A stretch of DNA of 64,000 bases from Candidatus Woesearchaeota archaeon. GTDB lineage: Archaea > Nanobdellota > Nanobdellia > SCGC-AAA011-G17 > JAGVXY01. The DNA is taken from contig JAGVXY010000011.1 in the NCBI GenBank assembly GCA_018303545.1, forward strand, positions 1,466 to 65,465. The letters run 5' to 3'. Every line of letters starts with the position of its first letter. Within the stretch, counting starts at the first letter, position 1. The notes under the pieces were generated by a model. It was not told the DNA's origin. It ran no database searches and saw nothing but the letters and a program-made list of their open reading frames with translations. The translations under genes were made by a program, and so were the position numbers. Positions 39,726 through 47,732 of this stretch are shown here, piece by piece.

Positions 39726-40377
39726 CTCCGAGATTAACCGGTGAGCCCATAGTTAATTTAATCGAAACATCTGCTATGTTTTGCTTTTCTTGAGGTAACG
39801 CGTGTAACACTAAATTATAAACATACTCAACATTTTCAGCAATATCATTATTGTCCATATCTTCGATGCCGATAGGACATTTTATAGACAATTCATTTCT
39901 TGTTGCTAATTTGACAGTGCCTTGCAATTTTTTATAAACCATTTCAATCTCTGCTTTTGGAGACACAATCGCCCCTGCCTTAGGATTAGGCATTTTTCCC
40001 CTTGGACCTAACACCTTACCAAAGGCACCTGCAACCTTAGTCATTATATTAGCTTGAGCAATAAAGAAATCAAATTGATTTACCAAATCTTTTAAGGCCT
40101 TCTTATTGCCAGCAATTTCAGCAAATTCTTCATCAAGTATTACTTTATCACAAACTTTCTTAGCTTGAGTTACCAACTCTTGGCCAACTAAAGCGCAAAC
40201 CTTATTTGATTTTCCTCTGCCCTTTGGCAAAGTTGCAAATATCTCTACCTTATGTTCTGGTCTCTTTAAATCCATATTTTTAAGATTTATCACCAAATCA
40301 AAAGTTTGTTTAAAATTTCTCTTCCTAGCTTTTTCTCTAGCTTCCTGTATAGATTTAACAATTTGATCTTTGTGCAT
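39709..40377 (-). CDS. rpl1: 50S ribosomal protein uL1
   Basis: 222 aa. ...FDLVINLK...GRGK... typical L1 motifs. Overlaps the uL10 start. Confidence 0.8.
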   Translation of the reverse strand: MHKDQIVKSIQEAREKARKRNFKQTFDLVINLKNMDLKRPEHKVEIFATLPKGRGKSNKVCALVGQELVTQAKKVCDKVILDEEFAEIAGNKKALKDLVNQFDFFIAQANIMTKVAGAFGKVLGPRGKMPNPKAGAIVSPKAEIEMVYKKLQGTVKLATRNELSIKCPIGIEDMDNNDIAENVEYVYNLVLHALPQEKQNIADVSIKLTMGSPVNLGGAKND

Positions 40378-40497
40378 TATTTTTCCCTCCTACTTCCAAA
40401 AAAAGTAGTACTTATGGGTTATTCTCTTTAGAGAACAAGTTTCATTTATAAGCTTTTCTGTTGGTTTAATAAATATGAATAAATAATAATAAAAGTT

Positions 40498-42228
40498 TTA
40501 TTGGCACTGACCATTAACAACTTCCATATTGTTACCATCGCAACAGGCGTAAGTGCTATCCATCCCAATCGTATAGTATTTATTCGATCCACAGCAGCCC
40601 ATAGGTTTAGAATTTCTCCAACCAGACCCATCATCGTCACAATAATAATCCCCTAATTTTTGGCATCTTTCAAAGTTTGTGCCTGTCCATTCATAACTTT
40701 TTTCAGTAGCGCTTTTAGTACAAGTATAATAAATCCCATCATAACAAGCAAATCTCGAAAGCCCATCTGCATCTTTGCCATAGTCCCCATTGTATAATTT
40801 TCCCGTATTATGCAATGCATTATATTCTTTTGTTTGGCAACTTCTAGGAAATGAAGGATCAAGTCTTAGATTTACATTCTTCATACGCTTACCAGCGGGA
40901 TTATAAATTCCTTCATCAAAGCAAATTCCAAAAATATCATTGAATTGCTGAAAAATTTTGCTAATTTGCATTTCAGAAAGTCCAACTATTGAATTGTCCC
41001 CATTAGCAATAGAATTTGCCCCGCCCAATGGTTTGTCACCTGGAGAAATTACTCCCCCATTAAAATATGGGGATAAAGGATCATAAGTTACAAAGAAATA
41101 AATCCATCCATCTTTCTCAGATAAAAATTGATGTTCTTTGTCATTATTTGCAGTAAAGTAAGCCAAATTGCTATAAATTTTCCTATCAAAATTCATGAAT
41201 GAACTTACAAATCTATTGTACTTATTGTATGGAGAATAAACTCCTAATTCTTGTTCTACCTGACTTGTGTTACAATTGTATGAATCAAGCTCGGTCCCTA
41301 ATGGAGAAATATATTCCGTTAGTTCTCCTGTTCTAAGAAATTCCAAATAAGGCGTCCTGCCATTGTTCAGTCTCATTATTTTTAAATCACTTTGTCGGAC
41401 GTTATCTCCTGCAAATATTAGCCTTGCTGTATTTCCATCAATCCAGAACAAATCTGCTTCCATCCTTGGAGCAATATTATGTATTTGCAGTTGATACTTA
41501 TAACCATCATTATCTATTAATCTTAACCCAAGTTGAGCACTTGAAGCACTCAATGGATCATCATTTTGCAAATAATCATTACACTCATATCCTGCTGTTG
41601 CCACATTGCTATCCCAATAATGGGGCATAGTATGTATTCCCTTGGCAATACCCATAGGATAAGCAAAAGCCTTCCAAAGATCAAATGCCGGTTTAGTATC
41701 TGTGTAAGTTCCTTGCACAAATTCGCACATATCATTAGAAACTGGAAGAATGAAATCATCTCCTGTCACTATTATTCGTTGGTTGATTTTTTGTTTGGTT
41801 ATCTCTGCATTACCATAAGCCACAGTAGAATATAGATAATATTCTCCTGGTGTCGTTGGAATGGGCAGCAAAAAAGATACCGTCGTTGATTGTCCAGGTA
41901 CAAGATTTTTATTCATTGTAATTTTATTTGGGTTTTTGAAATCATTTTGATCCGTTCTAAATTTCCATAAAAGTTCATATCTCCCAGATGTCAATGCGAC
42001 TTTTCCATTATTTGTAATGATATAAGTCACTATTTTTTCACCTTGCCCAGCATGAAATCCGTAATAAAGCCCACTATTTACATTGGTTACTTGAGGAGAC
42101 ATCAAATCAATTTTAACCTGCCTTTCGGCAGTAGGTGATCTTTTCGCACCAACAACCTCATTATAAACAGAGCATCCAGAAATTATTACCAACAAAATTA
42201 TTCCAATGATAAGAAGCCTCTTTTCCAT
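40498..42228 (-). CDS. Secreted/lipoprotein-like hypothetical protein with Cys-rich C-terminal region
   Basis: Signal plus lipobox-like IISGC. 576 aa. C-terminal CCGSNKYY...ACCDGNN. Confidence 0.4.
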   Translation of the reverse strand: MEKRLLIIGIILLVIISGCSVYNEVVGAKRSPTAERQVKIDLMSPQVTNVNSGLYYGFHAGQGEKIVTYIITNNGKVALTSGRYELLWKFRTDQNDFKNPNKITMNKNLVPGQSTTVSFLLPIPTTPGEYYLYSTVAYGNAEITKQKINQRIIVTGDDFILPVSNDMCEFVQGTYTDTKPAFDLWKAFAYPMGIAKGIHTMPHYWDSNVATAGYECNDYLQNDDPLSASSAQLGLRLIDNDGYKYQLQIHNIAPRMEADLFWIDGNTARLIFAGDNVRQSDLKIMRLNNGRTPYLEFLRTGELTEYISPLGTELDSYNCNTSQVEQELGVYSPYNKYNRFVSSFMNFDRKIYSNLAYFTANNDKEHQFLSEKDGWIYFFVTYDPLSPYFNGGVISPGDKPLGGANSIANGDNSIVGLSEMQISKIFQQFNDIFGICFDEGIYNPAGKRMKNVNLRLDPSFPRSCQTKEYNALHNTGKLYNGDYGKDADGLSRFACYDGIYYTCTKSATEKSYEWTGTNFERCQKLGDYYCDDDGSGWRNSKPMGCCGSNKYYTIGMDSTYACCDGNNMEVVNGQCQ

Positions 42229-42278
42229 ATAAATTTTAAAGAAAGGATTATAAGTATATAAAGATTATTATAAAATAA

Positions 42279-42635
42279 ATGATATCAAAAAAAGATATTT
42301 TAGAAGAATTAAATAGATATAAAAATAAATATATTATTGTGGAAGGCAAGAAAGATAAATTTGCCTTAGAGAAATTAAATTTCACAAAAATATATAAATT
42401 AGAAAAGCCGTTATTTGAAGAGGTTGAATTAATCTCAGCAGAAACAAAAGAAGTAGTTATTTTAACAGATTTAGACACGGAAGGAAAAAAGATTTACTCT
42501 TATTTGAAAAAACACCTCCAAGAGCATGGAGTAAAGATAAACGACAATTTAAGAAAATTCTTATCAAAAACAGAAATCAAGCAGATTGAAGGATTAGCGC
42601 ATTACCTTAAAGATGAAAGCATGCCAAATATGTGA
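42279..42635 (+). CDS. Small Toprim-domain protein (COG1658-like)
   Basis: IVEGKKDKFALEKL (E-G-x-x-D) and ILTDLDTEGKKI (DxDxxG) Toprim motifs in 118 aa. Confidence 0.55.
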   Translation: MISKKDILEELNRYKNKYIIVEGKKDKFALEKLNFTKIYKLEKPLFEEVELISAETKEVVILTDLDTEGKKIYSYLKKHLQEHGVKINDNLRKFLSKTEIKQIEGLAHYLKDESMPNM

Positions 42636-42729
42636 AAAAAGAATTGCTGAACATAGTTGTATCATTTGCGGAAGATTAGTCTGCAATCAATGCTACAATG
42701 AAAGAAAAAAGATTTGCAAAGGACATTAA
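42613..42729 (+). CDS. Candidate 38-aa zinc-ribbon micro-protein
   Basis: Own translation MKACQICEKRIAEHSCIICGRLVCNQCYNERKKICKGH*. Three CxxC pairs. Overlaps the 3' end of the Toprim ORF in another frame and the 3' end of sppA on the opposite strand. Confidence 0.3.
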   Translation: MKACQICEKRIAEHSCIICGRLVCNQCYNERKKICKGH

Positions 42730-43613
42730 ACTTTAGCCAAGCTTTGCTGCTCAAATGCAGAACTTACGCCTTTGCCAAAAGCAAAAGCAGTCTTAGAACT
42801 GAAAGCATCAAGCATAGACCAAAGATTATTTTCTTGTTCCATTGTTATTATATTTACTTCAGTAATATTTAGCCTTTGTTTTAGATATTCTTCAGCTTCT
42901 TTCTTTCCGCCGATAGCATCAATCATGCCCATATCATAAGCTTCTATACCCAAATAAACATTACCATTCGCCCATTTCTTAACAATAGAAACATCAACAT
43001 GCCTATTTTTTGCAACTTCGTTTATAAAATTCTCATGAATTTTATCAAGCATTTTCTGGATAATAAATTTTTCTTCAGCAGTAAGTTTTCTGTAAGGCAC
43101 GCCCATATCCTTGTAATCACCTGCAATAAGCTGTTCATAGCCTATGCCATATTTTTCCATCAGCCCAGAAAATTCTAAATAAGAGCCGAAAACACCTATG
43201 CTTCCAGTCATGGACATATCATCAGCATATATTTTGTCAGTTGCAGACGCAGCCCAATAAGCTCCAGAAGCACCAACTTCTCTTATCACGGCAACATTAG
43301 GTTTTTTCATTTCAGAAATCGCTTTTGCTATTTCTTTAGAAGCAACAACTCCCCCCCCGCCAGAATTAATATCAAACATAATTGCGACAATAGTAGGATC
43401 ATTCTCAACCTGCTCAATAAACTTTATGATGTCTTCTGAACCAGTGTAAGAAGAAACTCCAAAAGAAGATCCTGATTGCAGAGAAATTTCTCCATAAATA
43501 GGAATAATCGCAATCTTTTCAGAGAAATCACTCACCTTAAAAATATTTGCCAATGAAAAACTCACCAGCCATAAAACAAAAATTACCAATGCTATATATC
43601 CAATCCTTCTCAT
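42726..43613 (-). CDS. sppA: Signal peptide peptidase SppA (S49 family)
   Basis: N-terminal TM. DINSGGGGVVASKEIAKAI and later GASGAYW.. motifs. Confidence 0.7.
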   Translation of the reverse strand: MRRIGYIALVIFVLWLVSFSLANIFKVSDFSEKIAIIPIYGEISLQSGSSFGVSSYTGSEDIIKFIEQVENDPTIVAIMFDINSGGGGVVASKEIAKAISEMKKPNVAVIREVGASGAYWAASATDKIYADDMSMTGSIGVFGSYLEFSGLMEKYGIGYEQLIAGDYKDMGVPYRKLTAEEKFIIQKMLDKIHENFINEVAKNRHVDVSIVKKWANGNVYLGIEAYDMGMIDAIGGKKEAEEYLKQRLNITEVNIITMEQENNLWSMLDAFSSKTAFAFGKGVSSAFEQQSLAKV

Positions 43614-44089
43614 TACAATATCCTCCTGAATGCCTGAACCACCTGCGTTCCTGAAATTTTTTCTGAGTATCTCTGATGTGTATGCCTCAAGAATATGTAG
43701 CTTGTATCAATCACAAGTAATAGTGTAAATACTTTGCTTATATTTCTCAGCACAATCTGATTCAACGTAAATCCTTTAGCCTTATCTATAGGCATAACAA
43801 ATATATTAAGCAACATTTTCCCCATCGTCTGCCCCAATTTGAATTCAAGCAAGACAAAATAAAGCAAAGCTACAAAGGCTATTACAATTTCAACTGCAAT
43901 TAAATCTCTAAGCAAATTAAGATTTGAAGAAAAGAAGGTATACATATCAGAAAAATTATTATTACTAATTCCAATGCTAAATGGCGAAGTTATCACCCCA
44001 ATGATAAGCATGTCAATAAAATAAGCCAGAACCCTTTTCCACAATATTGCTGGATGCATAACAATGTTCTCTTTATATTCTTTCATCAA
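43613..44089 (-). CDS. RDD-family membrane protein
   Basis: KRVLAYFIDMLIIGVI... R/D pattern with three TM helices. Confidence 0.45.
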   Translation of the reverse strand: MMKEYKENIVMHPAILWKRVLAYFIDMLIIGVITSPFSIGISNNNFSDMYTFFSSNLNLLRDLIAVEIVIAFVALLYFVLLEFKLGQTMGKMLLNIFVMPIDKAKGFTLNQIVLRNISKVFTLLLVIDTSYIFLRHTHQRYSEKISGTQVVQAFRRIL

Positions 44090-44112
44090 GAAAATAATTA
44101 GTTTTTGGCTAT

Positions 44113-45057
44113 TTAAATCTTTTCCTGATTTGTAAAATTTATGCTTTCAAAAAAAAGAGGGTATTCCCTCCTATAATCTAATAATCCTTTAAGTAATCCT
44201 TCAATGTGCGATTTGTTAAAACCTATAGGTCGAATAGACGTTTCCTTTCTTAAATAATTAGAACCAAAAATAGCATAACCTGCATAATAATATTTTCCTT
44301 TTAATCCTACCTCAACATCGATTCTAATCTCCTCTCCACCCAAGGTAATAATAATTCTTGCATTGTCTGAATTATATACACCAAAAATACGAGAATCGTC
44401 AAAAAAATCTCCTAAACTTGAAAGTCCCATAGATAACTTAAATTCAGGAGTTACATAGAATGAAGCACCACCATTACGTTGATATGCCTTATTCAGCATA
44501 TCCACTCTTTCAATCAGTTTATCAATATTTATTTCGTTACTTCCCGCTGAATCAAACTTTGCTGAAAATATAGGAATTACTTTTCTTTCATTATTTAAAT
44601 CGTAAGTTCTGAATTCCATTAGGTTTCCATTCATAAACTGGATCATTCCATATCGGTCATCAAGAATTTCAATGTCTCCCCTTGCATCTCCTTTCGTAAT
44701 ATTCAAAACAGCAACACACATTTTTTCTTGATCTGCTAAGCTCCAAACAAAGTTAGATTTTGCAAAAACTTCATTTCCTATATGGGCTGTCCTATATTTA
44801 CATTTATTTTCATCAAACTCAGTAATATAAAAAACATCTCCACTAATTTCAATTCCATCTCTCCCCATTAAAGTTTCATTTATCAGAAAAGCTTTTTTAT
44901 TGCCAATAATATTAGTTTTTATGTCAGATGCAAACATTTCTTGGCGATTTTTGTCTGCATGATAAATCAAGTCATCAAGTGTGCATTTCTTTGTTTCAGC
45001 AGAGACTAAGGAAACACCCAAGGCAAAAGTAACCAAACCAATTAAAGCCCGTTTCAT
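44113..45057 (-). CDS. Secreted hypothetical protein
   Basis: Signal peptide MKRALIGLVTFALGVSLVSA. No recognised domain. Confidence 0.4.
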   Translation of the reverse strand: MKRALIGLVTFALGVSLVSAETKKCTLDDLIYHADKNRQEMFASDIKTNIIGNKKAFLINETLMGRDGIEISGDVFYITEFDENKCKYRTAHIGNEVFAKSNFVWSLADQEKMCVAVLNITKGDARGDIEILDDRYGMIQFMNGNLMEFRTYDLNNERKVIPIFSAKFDSAGSNEINIDKLIERVDMLNKAYQRNGGASFYVTPEFKLSMGLSSLGDFFDDSRIFGVYNSDNARIIITLGGEEIRIDVEVGLKGKYYYAGYAIFGSNYLRKETSIRPIGFNKSHIEGLLKGLLDYRREYPLFFESINFTNQEKI

Positions 45058-45107
45058 CTTAATTTATAACCTAAAGGAAACTATATAAACCTTTCCGGAT
45101 TATTTGT

Positions 45108-46802
45108 TTGACTATGGACATTTACTATAAAAAATTGCTTTCAAAAATAAAAGATTGTGTTGATGTAGAAAGTATATTAAAGATAAGCAGGGAACTATGC
45201 AGGGTTTACAGCATAGGTAAGCTTCCGAGTATAGTGCAGATTTTATTGGCTGCAAAAGGCGAGCAACGAAAAAAGCTTTTCACAATTCTCAGAAGCAAGC
45301 CATCAAGAGCATTGTCTGGAATTTCAGTTGTTGCAATAATGTCAAAGCCTTCTAAATGTCCTCATGGCAAATGTTCTATTTGTCCTGGAGGTCCAGATTC
45401 TGAATTTGGCAATGTACCTCAAAGCTATACAGGCAATGAGCCGGCTACAATGCGCGCAAGAAGGAATGATTATCATCCCTATTTGCAGGTCTTTGATCGT
45501 TTACACCAGTATGTTCTTATGGGCCAGGTACCAAATAAAATTGAATTGATTATTATGGGGGGTACATTCAATGCCCAAGATTTAGAATATCAGGAATGGT
45601 TTGTTGCAAATTCATTAAAGGCTATGAATGACTTTGGGAATATGTTTCTACCTAAGGGCATTGATTTTGAAAGATTTATAACTTTTTTTGAACTAGATGA
45701 AAAAAATGAGATGACTGAGATAAGAGAAAAAAAAGTAAAAAAGAAAATGTACTCATTAATAGAAGAAAATATTTCATTGGAAAAAGAGCAGGAGTTAAAT
45801 GAATCTTCGAACATGCGTTGTGTTGCACTCTGTTTGGAGACAAGACCGGATTATTGCAAGATTGAAAATATTAAGCATATGCTTAAATTAGGTGTAACCA
45901 GAGTTGAATTGGGGGTACAAAGTGTTTACGATTATATATTAAAAAATATCAATCGAGGTCATGTTGTTTATCATTCTGTTGAAGCTACAAGACTATTAAA
46001 AGATTCGGGATTGAAAGTTGTTTACCACATCCTTCTAGGTGCGCCCGGATATTCTTGCAGAAAAGAAATAAAAATGTTTAAATACCTCTTCAATAAAAAA
46101 GATTTCAAGCCGGATGGTCTTAAGATATATCCTTGTATGGTTATGAAGGGAACAGAACTTTTCAATCAGTGGAAAGCCGGAAAGTTTCAACCTTTGAATA
46201 CAGAAACAGCGGCTAAATTAATAGCAGAAATAAAAGCAAGATACATTCCAAGTTATTGCCGTATAATGCGTATTCAGAGAGACATCTCTTCAAAAGTAGT
46301 TTCCGCCGGTGTTGATAAAACCAACCTAAGGCAGTATATAGAAGAAATTCTTTTGAAAAAAAATAAAAGATGCAAATGTATCCGCTGCCGTGAAGCTGGT
46401 CGAGTTGAAGAAATTAAAGGCGAACCAAAGTTCTTAGAAAAAAAATATAAGGCTTCTAAGGGAATGGAATATTTTTTAAGCCTTGAAACAGAAAATGCAT
46501 TATTGGGTTTTTTGAGATTAAGATTCCCCTTCAGGCCATTTATTAATGAATTAAAAGATTGCGCATTAGTTAGAGAATTGCATGTTTATGGCGAATCAAC
46601 AGAGCTAGGGAAAATAGGAAAGGTTCAGCACTTAGGTTATGGAAAAGAACTAATGAAAAAAGCAGAAGAATTAGCTATAAAAAATAAATACAAAAAACTA
46701 GCGGTCATTTCTGGCATTGGTGTTCGCGAATATTATAGAAAATTAGGATACCAAAGAGAAGGATTTTATATGATAAAAGATTTAGCAAAAAATCATTTAT
46801 AA
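45108..46802 (+). CDS. elp3: Elongator subunit 3 homolog (tRNA uridine carboxymethyl modification; radical SAM + GNAT)
   Basis: CPHGKCSICPGG cluster, ...YIPSYCRIMRIQRDI..., C-terminal GNAT ...GYGKELMKKAEE.... 564 aa. Confidence 0.85.
   Translation: MTMDIYYKKLLSKIKDCVDVESILKISRELCRVYSIGKLPSIVQILLAAKGEQRKKLFTILRSKPSRALSGISVVAIMSKPSKCPHGKCSICPGGPDSEFGNVPQSYTGNEPATMRARRNDYHPYLQVFDRLHQYVLMGQVPNKIELIIMGGTFNAQDLEYQEWFVANSLKAMNDFGNMFLPKGIDFERFITFFELDEKNEMTEIREKKVKKKMYSLIEENISLEKEQELNESSNMRCVALCLETRPDYCKIENIKHMLKLGVTRVELGVQSVYDYILKNINRGHVVYHSVEATRLLKDSGLKVVYHILLGAPGYSCRKEIKMFKYLFNKKDFKPDGLKIYPCMVMKGTELFNQWKAGKFQPLNTETAAKLIAEIKARYIPSYCRIMRIQRDISSKVVSAGVDKTNLRQYIEEILLKKNKRCKCIRCREAGRVEEIKGEPKFLEKKYKASKGMEYFLSLETENALLGFLRLRFPFRPFINELKDCALVRELHVYGESTELGKIGKVQHLGYGKELMKKAEELAIKNKYKKLAVISGIGVREYYRKLGYQREGFYMIKDLAKNHL
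46755..46792. repeat. 38-bp direct repeat, copy A (3' end of elp3). Copy B at 47481-47518 with 1 mismatch.
   Basis: agagaa[g/a]gattttatatgataaaagatttagcaaaaaa read at both places. Confidence 0.8.
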
Positions 46803-47038
46803 ATATCCTTTCGATGATCAAAGCAATTAATGATTATTCTCTCTTTTTCAAGTCTATAGATTATTCTGAACGGCGGAATCCTTATGCTTCTGTGCCCCTT
46901 CAATTCATATTGCAATGGTTTTCCAGATTCGGGAAGTTCTATCAATTTCTTCAGGTGCTTGATGATTTTTATTCTTGTTAAATTATCTTTAATTTTCTTA
47001 AACTCATTCTTGAATTCCTCAGAAAAAATAATTTCCAT
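46793..47038 (-). CDS. RelE/ParE-family type II toxin
   Basis: 81 aa. ...LKGHRSIRIPPFRIIYRLEKERIIINCFDHRKDIY typical of the RelE C-terminus. Confidence 0.7.
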   Translation of the reverse strand: MEIIFSEEFKNEFKKIKDNLTRIKIIKHLKKLIELPESGKPLQYELKGHRSIRIPPFRIIYRLEKERIIINCFDHRKDIYK

Positions 47039-47039
47039 C

Positions 47040-47315
47040 TTAAGCCATCAACAAGTCATCTATTTCTTTATCGCTCATAGAAGTGTCTGCCTTGACAAAT
47101 TTTCCTTTCTTTATATTTTCTTCGCTCTTTTTGATTTTGTCAATTAAACGTATGTCTTCTTTCAGCGCTTCTTTATTTATTTGTTTCAGCATTATATTCC
47201 CGTCCTCATTAAAAACTATAAATTTAGTCGACGGTCCTATTCCTGCATCTTTTCTGATTTCAGCAGGAATCACTACCTGACCATTTTCCGACATTTTAGT
47301 GAGAGCGACTTCCAT
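47040..47315 (-). CDS. AbrB/MazE/SpoVT-family antitoxin (swapped-hairpin)
   Basis: MSENGQVVIPAEIRKDAGI motif. 91 aa. Immediately upstream of the RelE gene. Confidence 0.65.
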   Translation of the reverse strand: MEVALTKMSENGQVVIPAEIRKDAGIGPSTKFIVFNEDGNIMLKQINKEALKEDIRLIDKIKKSEENIKKGKFVKADTSMSDKEIDDLLMA

Positions 47316-47480
47316 TTTTAATACCTACAACCTATTTTAATATTAAAACGTATTTTATATATAAACTTTTCGGCTAAATATGGCCTTTTCATAGAATTAT
47401 ATATAATCTCAGTCATTAATATTTGCTTCTGAGAAAAATCCGCAAATTTTCCGGCAAAAACGTAACTCAAATCGCACAGA

Positions 47481-47518
47481 AGAGAAAGATTTTATATGAT
47501 AAAAGATTTAGCAAAAAA
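47481..47518. repeat. 38-bp direct repeat, copy B. In frame it encodes ...RRERFYMIKDLAKKQEQ*, a relic of an elp3 C-terminus.
   Basis: See 46755-46792. In-frame translation done by hand. Confidence 0.75.
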
Positions 47519-47732
47519 ACAGGAACAATGAAAAAATAATCCTTCTTAAACTATAAGTAAATCATCTATTTAATTATTTTCCATTGATGTGTAAGCCATA
47601 ATAAATTTTCTTTTTTAAACATCTGGCTAAATCAATAATATATCACTTTTATAAAGATTCTTCTTAAAATAATAGATTTAACTCAAGTTTAACAACAACA
47701 TTTATAAAATTACAATTACATAATCAGAATCA

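Noticed and set aside
40378-40497. Expected rpl11 upstream of rpl1 (the usual L11-L1-L10-L12 order).
   Set aside because: The upstream gene is a lipoprotein-like Cys-rich ORF. L11 is simply not in this window, so no claim is made.
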